64,000 nucleotides of DNA, taken from positions 372,001-436,000 of the forward strand of contig CATNEN010000034.1 of assembly GCA_950097015.1 (NCBI GenBank), read 5' to 3'. Below the pieces are notes generated by a model. That model ran no database searches. It was not told the DNA's origin and saw only the letters and a list, made by a program, of their open reading frames with translations. Below, piece by piece: positions 35,188 through 47,700 of this stretch (within the stretch, counting starts at the first letter, position 1; every line of letters starts with the position of its first letter). The stretch is from Macrostomum hystrix. Lineage: Eukaryota > Animalia > Platyhelminthes. The position numbers and the translations under genes were made by a program.

Positions 35188-36934
35188 CGTTAATCATCCA
35201 AAATACGTACTGGAATGCACAAAACCTATCTAATAGCCTGAATCGTTGCTCGAAGCATCACTTCTAAGCAGAAAAGTTTCAAATACCAGAGCACAGATGC
35301 AGCAATTTTCAGTCTTACTTTCAGTAACCAAAATAAGCCTTAAGATCTGACACTTTTGATTCCATGGTGAACCAACCGTCACTGCTTCCAAAATTTGTGT
35401 AAAATAGTTATTTTATTAAATTACTACTTCTCTAATCCATTAGCATATTAGATCTTAAACTTCATTGGAGAATATCTGACAGTTTCATCAAGTAGATCTG
35501 ACAGTTTCATCAACTAGATCTGACACAATTTGACAGATGATATCGGACACATCAAGTAGATCACCACACACAAATTCTTAACACCTGTCATTACTTTTTG
35601 CACCATCTGTCTTACGTTTCGACATTGGAGTCATTATTACCTTTCTTACCGTCGACCTGAAACCCGATCGCAACTCCCATTGATCCCAAAGTCGAATCCC
35701 CAAGAAGCACGGATGGAATGAATGACCCCCGCCTGACCCGCGCCTGACCCCAGACCCATTGCAACAAGGAACTTATCTGTTCAATGAAGAGTTAAGTGAG
35801 CAGTTCTCCTAAAAGACTCGCGCCTCCCTCCATCGAAGCGAAATTCCCAAAATGATGGGATCTGGCGAGGCGGCGGTCTTCGCCCACGCTCACTCTCCCA
35901 TCACAATCTTTATCCTCTTCGCTCGAACGGTAGCTGCATATGCATATAATTTGCTACTGCGTGAGGCATCCGTATATATTCGGGGTGGACGGTATTACGC
36001 AATCCTGAGCTCACACGCGGGCACACACGCTAATCAGGTTAATCCTCTGATGAGAAGGAATGCAATATTTTCATCCGCATTCCTAAATTCGCAGCTATAT
36101 CAATATAGATTTCTAGCACAGTTTCACAATGCAGACAATATAGATCCCAGCAGCAAAGGTGTCAATATCTCCTCTTCTCCATTTTACATTAGCGAGGCCT
36201 AAATTGTAGTTGAGTATGGGAGGTGTCGTATTACCCGCGCAACGGTGAGATCCCTGCCCAGCGCTCTCAACAATTCATTCAATAAGACCTTCGCATGCTT
36301 AAAAGCAGCAAAAAGTTTTGAGTCCAGCTGGATACTCTCAACCGCACTGGATGACTGGACTGGAAATCATTTGAATTATTTGTGAGAGCCAACGCGATAG
36401 GAGTGAAGCAAATTTGGGAAGAGTGAAAGTTGCATAGACACGCGCTGAGGAAAATTCTCCAAGAGATTGTGAGATATGAGCTCAAAGAAATAGGAGGAGA
36501 AGCTTGCCTCCCCATTGTTGGTGCCACCGGATGGGAATGCCAACAGCTGCCATTGTGCCATCACGTGATCATTATTAAGTGGAGTTGCTATCGAGTCGCG
36601 GAAATCTGGTTCGCTCTCCGGGGGCAGTTGGAAAGCAGATATGAAAATTGCTTCTTCAATTCAATTGTTTGCATTGAAATGGCAATTGAATGAATATGCT
36701 TAGTTTATGATGGCTAAGAGACGAAATTGATGAGAAATTCGCTTTGTTAAAAATATGTGCTTTGCTTTGGGGCCCCATCTCGTAAAGTGGTGTCATTTCT
36801 CAAAAAGGCGCGATTTTGTCTAATGCTTTCATTTTGCATGGGGTGCCATTTTGTTTAGTGGTCTCGATAAGGTGCTATAAGGTGCTATTTGTCTAGTGTT
36901 GTAATTTCGCAAAAACATGTTTGTGCCTAGTACA

Positions 36935-37230
36935 GTCCTTTCGCAAAAAAACATCTTTGTGTCTATTGCTGGCGTTTCGCAAATCATTTTGTCTATAGCT
37001 GGCGTTTCGCAAATCATTTTGTCTATAGCTGGCGTTTCGCAAATCATTTTGTCTATAGCTGGCGTTTCGCAAATCATTTTGTCTATAGCTGGCGTTTCGC
37101 AAATCATTTTGTCTATAGCTGGCGTTTCGCAAATCATTTTGTCTATAGCTGGCGTTTCGCAAATCATTTTGTCTATAGCTGGCGTTTCGCAAATCATTTT
37201 GTCTATAGCTGGCGCTTCGCAAAAAAACAT
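36935..37230. repeat. 30-bp minisatellite (TTTCGCAAATCATTTTGTCTATAGCTGGCG)n
   Basis: About 8 identical copies, each line repeating with period 30. Confidence 0.96.
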
Positions 37231-40200
37231 CATTGTGTCTAGATGAGTCCTTTCGAAAAAAACATATTTGTGTCTAGAAGAGTTCTTTCGCAAAAATCAT
37301 CATTGTGTCTTGAAGAGTCCTTTCGCAAAAATCATCATTGTGTCTAGAAGAGTCCTTTCGCAAAAATCATCATTGTGTCTAGAAGAGTCCTTTCGCAAAA
37401 ATCATCATTGTGTCTAGAAGAGTCCTTTCGCAAAAATCATCATTGTGTCTAGAAGAGTCCTTTCGCAAAAATCATCATTATGTCTAGAAGAGTCCTTTTG
37501 CAAAAATCATCATTGTGTCTAGAAGAGTCCTTTCGCAAAAATACATATTTGTGTCTAGAAGAGTCCTTTCGCAAAAAAACATTTTTGTGTCTATTGCTGG
37601 CGTTTCGCAAAAATCATCATTGTGTCTAGAAGAGTCCATTCGCAAAAAATCATCATTGTGTCTAAAAGAGTCCTTTCGCAAAAAACATATTTGTGTCTAG
37701 AAGAGTCCTTTCGCAAAAAAACATCATTGTGTCTAGAAGAGTCCTTTCGCAAAAAAACATATTTGTGTCTAGTAGAGTTCTTTCGCAAAAAAACATATTT
37801 GTGTCTAGAAGAGTCCTTTCTCAAAAATCATCATTGTGTCTAAAAGAGTCCTTTCGCAAAAAAACATATTTGTGTCTAGAAGAGTCCTTTCGCAAAAAAA
37901 CATCATTGTGTCTAGAAGAGTCCTTTCGCAAAAAACATCATTGTGTCTAGAAGAGTCCTTTCGCAAAAATCATCATTGTGTCTAGAAGAGTTCTTTCGCA
38001 AAAAACATCATTGTGTCTAGAAGAGTCCTTTCGCAAAAAACATCATTGTGTCTAGAAGAGTCCTTTCGCAAAAAACATATTTGTGTCTAGAAGACTCCTT
38101 TCGCAAAAAACATATTTGTGTCTAGAAGAGTCCTTTCGCAAAAAATCATCATTGTGTCTAGAAGAGTTCTTTCGCAAAAAAACATCATTGTGTCTAGAAG
38201 AGTCCTTTCGCAAAAACCATCAATGTGTCTTGAAGAGTCCTTTCGCAAAAAACATCATTGCGTCTAGTAGAGTTCTTTCGCAAAAAAACATATTTGTGTC
38301 TATTAGAGTCCTTTCGCAAAAAACATATTTGTGTCTAGAAGAGTCCTTTCGCAAAAAACATATTTGTGTCTAGAAGAGTCCTTTCGCAAAAAAACATATT
38401 TGTGTGTAGTAGAGTTCTTTCGCAAAAAAACATCATTGTGTCTAGAAGAGTCCTTTCGCAAAAAAACATCATTGTGTCTAGAAGAGGCCTTTCGCAAAAA
38501 ATCATCATTGTGTCTAGAAGAGTCCTTTCGCAAAAAAACATATTTGTGTGTAGTAGAGTTCTTTCGCAAAAAAACATCATTGTGTCTAGAAGAGTCCTTT
38601 CGCAAAAAAACATCATTGTGTCTAGAAGAGGCCTTTCGCAAAAAATCATCATTGTGTCTAGAAGAGTCCTTTCGCAAAAATCATCATTGTGTCTAAAAGA
38701 GTCCTTTCGCAAAAAAACATATTTGGGTCTAGAAGAGTCCTTTCGCAAAAAATCATCATTGTGTCTAGAAGAGTCCTTTCGCAAAAAATCATCATTGTGT
38801 CTAAAAGAGTCCTTTCGCAAAAACCATCAATGTGTCTAGAAGAGTCCTTTTGCAAAAAAACATCATTGTGTCTAAAAGAGTCCTTTCGCAAAAAAACATC
38901 ATTGTGTCTAGAAGAGTCCTTTCGCAAAAAAACATCATTGTGTCTAGAAGAGTTTTTTCGCAAAATAACATATTTGTGTCTAAAAGAGTCCTTTCGCAAA
39001 AATCATCATTGTGTCTAGAAGAGTTCTTTCGCAAAAAACATCATTGTGTCTAGAAGAGTCCTTTCGCAAAAAACATATTTGTGTCTAGAAGAGTTCTTTC
39101 GCAAAAATCATCATTGTGTCTAGAAGAGTCCTTTTGCAAAAAATCATCATTGTGTCTAAAAGAGTCCTTTCGCAAAAAATCATCATTGTGTCTAGAAGAG
39201 TTCTTTCGCAAAAAAACATCATTGTGTCTAGAAGAGTCCTTTCGCAAAAACCATCAATGTGTCTTGAAGAGTCCTTTCGCAAAAAACATCATTGCGTCTA
39301 GTAGAGTTCTTTCGCAAAAAAACATATTTGTGTCTATTAGAGTCCTTTCGCAAAAAACATATTTGTGTCTAGAAGAGTCCTTTCGCAAAAAACATATTTG
39401 TGTCTAGAAGAGTCCTTTCGCAAAAAAACATATTTGTGTGTAGTAGAGTTCTTTCGCAAAAAAACATCATTGTGTCTAGAAGAGTCCTTTCGCAAAAAAA
39501 CATCATTGTGTCTAGAAGAGGCCTTTCGCAAAAAATCATCATTGTGTCTAGAAGAGTCCTTTCGCAAAAAAACATATTTGTGTGTAGTAGAGTTCTTTCG
39601 CAAAAAAACATCATTGTGTCTAGAAGAGTCCTTTCGCAAAAAAACATCATTGTGTCTAGAAGAGGCCTTTCGCAAAAAATCATCATTGTGTCTAGAAGAG
39701 TCCTTTCGCAAAAATCATCATTGTGTCTAAAAGAGTCCTTTCGCAAAAAAACATATTTGGGTCTAGAAGAGTCCTTTCGCAAAAAATCATCATTGTGTCT
39801 AGAAGAGTCCTTTCGCAAAAAATCATCATTGTGTCTAAAAGAGTCCTTTCGCAAAAACCATCAATGTGTCTAGAAGAGTCCTTTTGCAAAAAAACATCAT
39901 TGTGTCTAGAAGAGTTCTTTCGCAAAAAAACATCATTGTGTCTAGAAGAGTCCTTTCGCAAAAAAACATCATTGTGTCTAGAAGAGTCCTTTCGCAAAAT
40001 AACATATTTGTGTCTAAAAGAGTCCTTTCGCAAAAATCATCATTGTGTCTAGAAGAGTTCTTTCGCAAAAAACATCATTGTGTCTAGAAGAGTCCTTTCG
40101 CAAAAAACATATTTGTGTCTAGAAGAGTTCTTTCGCAAAAATCATCATTGTGTCTAGAAGAGTCCTTTTGCAAAAAATCATCATTGTGTCTAAAAGAGTC

Positions 40201-40460
40201 CTTTCGCAAAAAAACATATTTGTGTCTAGAAGAGTTCTTTCGCAAAAAAACATATTTGTGTCTAGAAGAGTCCTTTCGCAAAAATCATCATTGTGTCTAG
40301 AAGAGTTCTTTCGCAAAAAAACATCATTGTGTCTAGAAGAGTTCTTTCGCAAAAAAACATATTTGTGTCTATTGCTGGCGTTTCGCAAAAAACATATTTG
40401 TGTCTATTGCTGGCGTTTCGCAAAAAACATCATTGTGTCTAGTAGTGTCATTTCGCAAAA
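37231..40460. repeat. ~31-33-bp satellite (TTTCGCAAAAAACATCATTGTGTCTAGAAGAGTCC)n with 1034-bp higher-order duplication
   Basis: Directly visible; identical repeat ORFs recur at +1034 (38303/39337, 38331/39365, 38366/39400). Confidence 0.97.
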
Positions 40461-41183
40461 ATGTAATCTAATCTGTAATCTAATCACTGAGTGTCCAGCT
40501 TGGCAATGACAATTAACGCCCTGCAGGTGAGTCGGACACTAAGAATTTTCATTCTGTCAAGTCTACGATGTATACGAGCTACTAACGACTCATCCAGTCT
40601 ACTCAAAGTTGCAGATTGAAATATTCAAATATAAATGGGATTTCCAACAGAGGAAATAGCTGTGGGCGGGTCCTTGATGAGGTGCGGCTGCACCATATAG
40701 TGTGCTAGGGGGCAGTTATGCAAATGTGAGCTGCGGTACTAAGTTAAATTGTGCTGAACAGAACCCCGGCTCTCCCGCCGAGGCAGACGTGCTGGGCAAC
40801 ATTTTTTGGGATTCGGAATTGGCGGTAGAAGGTGGGGAACAGAATTGGGGAGCCCACTGAGTGGGGATAATCTGGGAACCGGAGATTAGCGCCACTGAGG
40901 GGGGCGGAGCTCGATCGAAAAGTGTGACGTAACTCGCTGGAAATGCAGCTTCCCTTCATTTGCTGCCTCATCCGACTCTAGGCCAACCATTTTCGGAGGA
41001 GGGGAGTATTTAGACTTGCTTTCTCGATTTGGCTTTAATTTTTAAGGCTTCAATTGTGAATGTGGCCTGTTTCTTAGTTTCTTAAATTACTCAGCACAGG
41101 CAATTAAAGAATTCGAGAAATATAAAGCCGAAATAACTGTGTAAAAAATAACCCTCTTAAATAACAAGAACTGGCAAAACGTT

Positions 41184-41255
41184 TTCCCCGACCGGGAGTC
41201 GAACCCGGGCCGCCTGGGTGAGAGCCAGGAATCCTAACCGCTAGACCATCGGGGA
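41184..41255 (-). tRNA. trnE-CTC: tRNA-Glu (anticodon CTC)
   Basis: TCCCCGATGGTCTAGCGGTTAGGATTCCTGGCTCTCACCCAGGCGGCCCGGGTTCGACTCCCGGTCGGGGAA: 72 nt, paired acceptor, anticodon and T stems; TTTT terminator downstream. Confidence 0.97.
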
Positions 41256-41697
41256 TCTGCACAATGGGTGTACAACGAAACGAATTTGTTATCTATATAT
41301 GTATTTGTAGTTTTAACTGTGCTTTTGTAAATGCTTCTTTTGCCGATTCTCGTACTTATCAAAGTAGTAGTATGAATAGCGTATCAGTGTAAAATGTTTA
41401 GTTTTTTTATGAAATGGCTACAATCGACGACTAAAATAAAGGTTTTGAAGACTTAGACACTTAGAACATCAAGATCCTAATAACTGATGCTGGAACAACT
41501 AGATAAAACTAAAACAAACATTACTGGGACTAGTTCTAAGTATCTAGATTCTAGTATTAAGTAGCTCTTGTATCTATACTTAGCTTATTAAAAAGTTTGG
41601 CAGATTTAAAGCAACTTGTCATAGAATCAAACCAACCTGATGTGCAAAAGTAAAAATCTAATTTCGTAGCGTAAACTGAAAACATGATAAAAAAGAT

Positions 41698-41769
41698 TTC
41701 CCCGACCGGGAGTCGAACCCGGGCCGCCTGGGTGAGAGCCAGGAATCCTAACCGCTAGACCATCGGGGA
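41698..41769 (-). tRNA. trnE-CTC: tRNA-Glu (anticodon CTC), second identical copy
   Basis: Identical 72-nt sequence; TTTTTT Pol III terminator just downstream. Confidence 0.97.
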
Positions 41770-42604
41770 ACTGCAAGCCGGCAATCCGAAAAGTGGCCAT
41801 AAGCAAAAACACTCGTATCGTCATTGTTATTAAAGATAAAGGAAGGAAAAATAACCCTAGGATATTTATCACATTAAATTCAGTTGCTTTTAATAGAGCT
41901 GGTTCAAAAGCGAACGAATTTTTCTGTCTATTTTGTTATTTAGAAATCGACATAAAATGTATTCTCGAATGCTAAGTTTAATGAATAAAAATTAATTAGC
42001 ATTGAAATAAGTGGCGCTTTGTCCCACAATCAGCATAGCAACAAAAAAGAACAAGTATTTAATTAATTGTAATTTAAGATTTTGACGCAAATTAAACTTA
42101 CTGCACGATTTTTCAATCGAGTAATAAAACAAAAACAGATTGCGGTCAAGGAGTTCTAAAACTTAAAACAAAAATGAAATTTGCGTAGCGTCAATGCTAT
42201 TGCCTAAAACATGCATTTTTAATAAAAATTCTTAATTGCTAGTATCCAATGGCACAAGTCACGACTCGCGAGATAAATGGTTTAAGGAGTTCCAAGACAA
42301 CAACCTTCGTAAGCTTTGAAAGTTTCTTGCAAATAAACCTCAGTTAAACAAAGTGGGATAAGCTGGAACAAAAGAAATAGTAAACAAAGAGGAAGCAAGC
42401 AAGGATTGCAATTTATCGGCTGTGTAACAATTTTCGATTTAAGAATTAAAGCAATCAGAATTTACACGATGGTTTAATGTTTTTAAGCAATGTACTGTTT
42501 TAACGCATGCAGCCTGTACTCGTAACAACACAGTTTTATATTAAAGACTCAACACAGGCAAATACCAAAGCACTTGAGGCCAGCTTCTGATCTCTCAGAT
42601 CCTT

Positions 42605-43690
42605 TTGCTTTGATCCCATCTCCTTCTCTGATCCCATCTCCCTCCCTGATACCATCTCCTTCTCTGATCCCATCTCCTTCTCTGATCCCATCTCCCACCC
42701 TGATCCCATCTCCTTCTCTGATCCCATCTCCCACCCTGATCCCATCTCCTTCTCTGATCCCATCTCCTTCTCTGATCCCATCTCCCACCCTGATCCCATC
42801 TCCTTCTCTGATCCCATCTCCCACCCTGATCCCATCTCCTTCTCTGATCCTATCTCCTTCTCTGATCCCATCTCCTTCTCTGATCCCATCTCCTTCTCTG
42901 ATCTCATCTCCTTCTCTGATCCCATCTCCCACCCTGATCCCATCTCCTTCTCTGATCCCATCTCCCACCCTGATCCCATCTCCTTCTCTGATCCTATCTC
43001 CTTCTCTGATCCCATCTCCTTCTCTGATCCCATCTCCTTCTCTGATCTCATCTCCTTCTCTGATCCCATCTCCCACCCTGATCCCATCTCCTTCTCTGAT
43101 CCCATCTCCTTCTCTGATCCCATCTCCCACCCTGATCCCATCTCCTTCTCTGATCCCATCTCCCTCCCTGATACCATCTCCTTCTCTGATCCCATCTCCT
43201 TCTCTGATCCCATCTCCCACCCTGATCCCATCTCCTTCTCTGATCCCATCTCCCACCCTGATCCCATCTCCTTCTCTGATCCTATCTCCTTCTCTGATCC
43301 CATCTCCTTCTCTGATCCCATCTCCTTCTCTGATCTCATCTCCTTCTCTGATCCCATCTCCCACCCTGATCCCATCTCCTTCTCTGATCCCATCTCCCTC
43401 CCTGATCCCATCTCCTTCTCTGATCCTATCTCCTTCTCTGATCCCATCTCCTTTCCTGATCCCATCTCCTTCCCTGATCCCATCTCCTTCTCTGATCCTA
43501 TCTCCTTCTCTGATCCCATCTCCTTTCCTGATCCCATCTCCTTCCCTGATCCCATCTCCTTCTCTGATCCCATCGCCTTCTCTGATCCTATCTCCTTCTC
43601 TGATCCTATCTCCTTCTCTGATCCCATCTCCTTCTCTGATCTCATCTCCTTTCCTGATCCCATCTCCTTCCCTGATCCCATCTCATTCTC
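42605..43690. repeat. 18-bp minisatellite (TCTCTGATCCCATCTCCT)n
   Basis: Directly visible; source of the EMGSEK, IREGDG and LIPSPS pseudo-ORFs. Confidence 0.97.
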
Positions 43691-44302
43691 CTTCATACTT
43701 GTGATGAATTGATTTCATTAAGCAAAATAGCTTGATATAACATGGGAATGAGCGATAGAGTATGCTTATTTAGATTGAGAATAAAATTATTCAACATTTA
43801 TCGTTCCAAATAAAAATGCCCAAGTAGAAACAATCGCAGAACAGGGCATTCGTGGCGCACTAGCAGACAGATTATTATTATTATCAGAATAAAGATGGCA
43901 AACAGACCTGGACTGAAAAAGAACAACTGAATAAGTGCTGGCGCATGCTAGTTAAAGTAGTGACGCTTTGAGAATGAACTTTTGAAAATTGAGACAAATT
44001 TTACTAACAGGCAGCCAGCCATCAATACTTTGAAAAGTTAACTGAATGATTTTGATCAGTGAATCGTAGGATTGAGATCTGTCTACAGACGGGAAGAACT
44101 TCATTAGGAAGACTTCAGCTGAGGTCACCTGTGAGGATGCGAACAAGTTCCAGAGGTTCTTAATAGATCAGGAAGACAATAAAAGCTTTGGGTGGGAAGG
44201 AGATAAGCAATGTAAGTTGACCCCGGCTAGCTAAAGTACACAAAGCGTGTGGCCAACTGTACTAAGTAGCATGAAAATCTGAGTTGCAGGTTGCAGCAAG
44301 CA

Positions 44303-44702
44303 CTACAGAGCTGGCATTCGCTGATTGACAAAGGACTTCTTTAAGTAGGCCAGCCGCCTAGCCACAGTGTGGCCCCAGGTGGCGCTGTACCACTCGGCGC
44401 TGTGGCCTCGCAGGTCAGTCCTGGACAGCAGCGTCACCCGGGAGACTCCAGGACCGGCCGACTGCACCAGCCAGTCGTCAACAACGACCAGCGCCTGCAG
44501 CGTCAGCGGCGAGGGTGCCAGACGTACGGAGGTGGAATAAACAGCGTGACTGTTGGCACTAGCGGAGCGCCAGGCACGCAGGAGGCAGGCCTCGCGACAG
44601 GGCTGAGCCGGCGGCGAGGCCAGGCTGAGTCTGACCACGTCTGAGGTTTCGTCTATTGACTCAAGCGTCTCCGACTTGAGTACGTCTGGATCCCACGTTT
44701 CT
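44303..44702 (-). CDS. STARD13: RhoGAP-START terminal exon (START C-half)
   Basis: cacag|A ETWDPDVLKSETLE...DLRGHSAEWY...PAL*. Confidence 0.92.
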
Positions 44703-47700
44703 CTGTGAAATTAGTTGGAGAGGAAACATACGAGCGTATCATGAGTGGAATTACACGCACTATCACACCAAGACAGCTTGACAAGGTCTTGGAGAGAGAG
44801 GTGACGGAGCCATACGAGCTATCCAATCAGCGTACGACGGTGGATCGAAATTCGTCCGAAGACGATGAGCTGGGGCTTAAACGATCACGCTTTGATATCG
44901 TGAAAGGCGCTTTAGTAGAGAGAGGTGGCGTAGCCATATCCAATCAGAGCAGACGGTAGATTGAAATTTGTCCGAAGACGATTGGCTGGGGCTTAAACGA
45001 TCACGCTTTGATATCGTGACAGTTGCAACTGGTAGGAGAGAGAGGTGGCGTAGCCATATCCAATCAGCGCATGACGCTGGATTGAAATTCTTCCGACGAA
45101 GATGAGGTTGGGCTTAAACGATCACGCTATGATGGCGTGACAGAACTGAGGAGAGAAGTTGCACAACTGCAGTCAATAAAAGCCAAAGCGCAGAAGATCT
45201 AGATATCATTCGCCGAGATTGAATTCTTTGAACAAACCTCTCAGCCACAATCCTGTTCAGCACATCCGTGGAGTTGGCTTCAACTAGCACCGACGCTTTC
45301 CACAGCCGCAGCGGATGATCATCGTCCACAACTTTGAAGAAGGTCTCGATGCCCGACCTGTGGCTGAATGGCACCCATTTTTCTGTCTGGCAGCTCTCCC
45401 TAGCAACCATTTGAGCATGGTTCTCAACAAAGGCAAAGCAGTACCGCCTGCCGGTGGGGTCGAGCGGCGCCACGGAGTCCAGGCTGGGAGCCTGCAGCTC
45501 ATCATCTGCGCGGTGCTCGGACAGGCGACGATAGAGCTCGTCTGGGACCTGAGAGTGCGAAAGTTTTTTGTATTATAATAGCAGCACTACAGCCTCCTTA
45601 CTTCCTCCCTCTACTTCTGCCTCCTAACCTCCCTTTACATCTGCCTCTATACGCTCTCTTCTTCCGCCTATATCCGCCCTCTAATTCTGTCTCTATCCGC
45701 CCACTAATTCTGTCTCTATCCGGCCTCTAATTCTGCCTCTATCCACCCTCTACTTCTGCCCCTATCCGCCCTCTTCTTCTGCCCCTATCCGCCCTCTACT
45801 TCTGCCCCTATCCACCCTCTACTTCTGCCCCTATCCGCCCCTTTTCTTCCGCCTATATCCGCCCTCTACTTCTGCCCCTTTCCACCCTCTACTTCTGCCC
45901 CTATCCGCCCCTTTTCTTCCGCCTATATCCGCCCTCTACTTCTGCCCCTTTCCACCCTCTTCTTCCGCCTATATCCGCCCTCTACTTCTGCCCCTATCCG
46001 CCCTCTTCTTCCGCCTTTATCCGCCCTCTACTTCTGCCCCTTTCCACCCTCTTCTTCCGCCTATATCCGCCCTCTACTTCTGCCCCTATCCACCCTCTAC
46101 TTCTGCCCCTATCCGCCCCTTTTCTTCCGCCTATATCCGCCCTCTACTTCTGCCCCTTTCCACCCTCTTCTTCCGCCTATATCCGCCCTCTACTTCTGCC
46201 CCTATCCGCCCTCTTCTTCCGCCTTTATCCGCCCTCTACTTCTGCCCCTTTCCACCCTCTTCTTCCGCCTATATCCGCCCTCTACTTCTGCCCCTATCCA
46301 CCCTCTACTTCTGCCCCTATCCGCCCCTTTTCTTCCGCCTATATCCGCCCTCTACTTCTGCCCCTTTCCACCCTCTTCTTCCGCCTATATCCGCCCTCTA
46401 CTTCTGCCCCTATCCGCCCTCTTCTTCCGCCTTTATCCGCCCTCTACTTCTGCCCCTATCCGCCCTCTTCTTCTGCCCCTATCCGCCCTCTACTTCTGCC
46501 CCTATCCGCCCTCTTCTTCCGCCTCTATCCGTCATCACCCAGGCCAGCTCACAGTGAACATCCTGTGGCAACAGTCGATCATGAAGGCCAGACAGACGGC
46601 GGCCGCCTTGTGGTCCTCCAGATCGCGCGGATCAGGCGCTCCGCTGCCGCTGCCACCGCAGCCGCCGGGCCGTCGGAATCGACTGGGCGCCAAGGCGGCC
46701 GCCTGGTGAGGAAAGTAGAACAGCGACGGAGCCAGGCAGACAGCTAGATTCGACGGCGTCATCTGGGTGGTTTCCGAGCAGTCCGCGAAGTCGTTTAGAA
46801 AGTACAGCAGAGCCTGAAGCACTTGGCGATTCTCGTCGGGCAGCAGCAGCGCTGCCGACTGCACAGTGGCCAGCCTGACTGAGTCGGAGCTCACATGGCT
46901 AAAGATGGCCAGGAGAGTTGGCGACAGCTTGTGCGTGATGAGGCACTCGGGCAGCTCACGCAGGTAGGTCTTGACCAGGTCGGCCAAGTCGTACGGCTGG
47001 CAGCGGCTGAAGTCTGACTTGTCCGGGTCGGCGTCGATTTCAGCGCGCAGAGCAGAGACGCGCGCCTGTGTTGATGAGAATTTAATATGATGTGCTTTTA
47101 CTGGCTACTACTTTAAGTAAAACGCACGAATTTTACTCGTAGGTTAACACTAAACTAAGAATGTTTCATACACGAGTACAAGGGTCCGAGTGAAGATTGA
47201 ATGCCTAGACCAGGATAAAGCGTCTTGATGAGGTTTTAGGATCCTCATGAGAATCTAGGATTGGGATGGAATAGAAGATTTGGGATTGGGATCGAGCATT
47301 TTGATGGGGATCTAGGTTTGGGATGGGGATCTAAGATTGGGAAGGGGATCTAGGTTTGGGATGGGGATCTAGGTTCGGGATGGGATTTCAGGATTGGGAT
47401 GGGATTTCAGGATTGGGATGGGATTTCAGGATTGGGAGCTAGAATCGGGATTGGGAGCTAGAATCGGGATTGGGAGCTAGAATCGGGATAAATATAATTA
47501 AACCAATAGGGCCTGGACGCACCTTGCCACCAGCCCGCCGAAAGATTCCGTGCGCCGAGACGCCGCTCTGTCGCAGCTGGCGCATGAGGTGCACCACGGC
47601 TGAGGGCAGCGGCTGGCCGCAGCGCATCTGGACCGTGGACAGCGGCATCCCGAAGACCGCTGTTCTCGGCGGCGCCGTCGAAGGCGAAGACGGCAATGAC

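Noticed and set aside
36430-36693. Possible SWIM/MULE transposase remnant (GWECQQLPLCHHVI)
   Set aside because: CxC...CxH spacing is not met and there is an in-frame stop upstream; too weak to call.
36829-40509. Dozens of short ORFs (RKDSSRH, LEESFRK)
   Set aside because: Pure satellite translations.
40690-40990. Possible snRNA or SL RNA gene (ATGCAAAT octamer, Sm-like ATTTTTTGG, GC box)
   Set aside because: No recognisable U-snRNA or SL conserved sequence or structure; the motifs are short enough to arise by chance.
42536-43704. EMGSEK, IREGDG and LIPSPS repeat proteins
   Set aside because: An 18-bp unit without stops gives ORFs in several frames on both strands; no splice or signal evidence.
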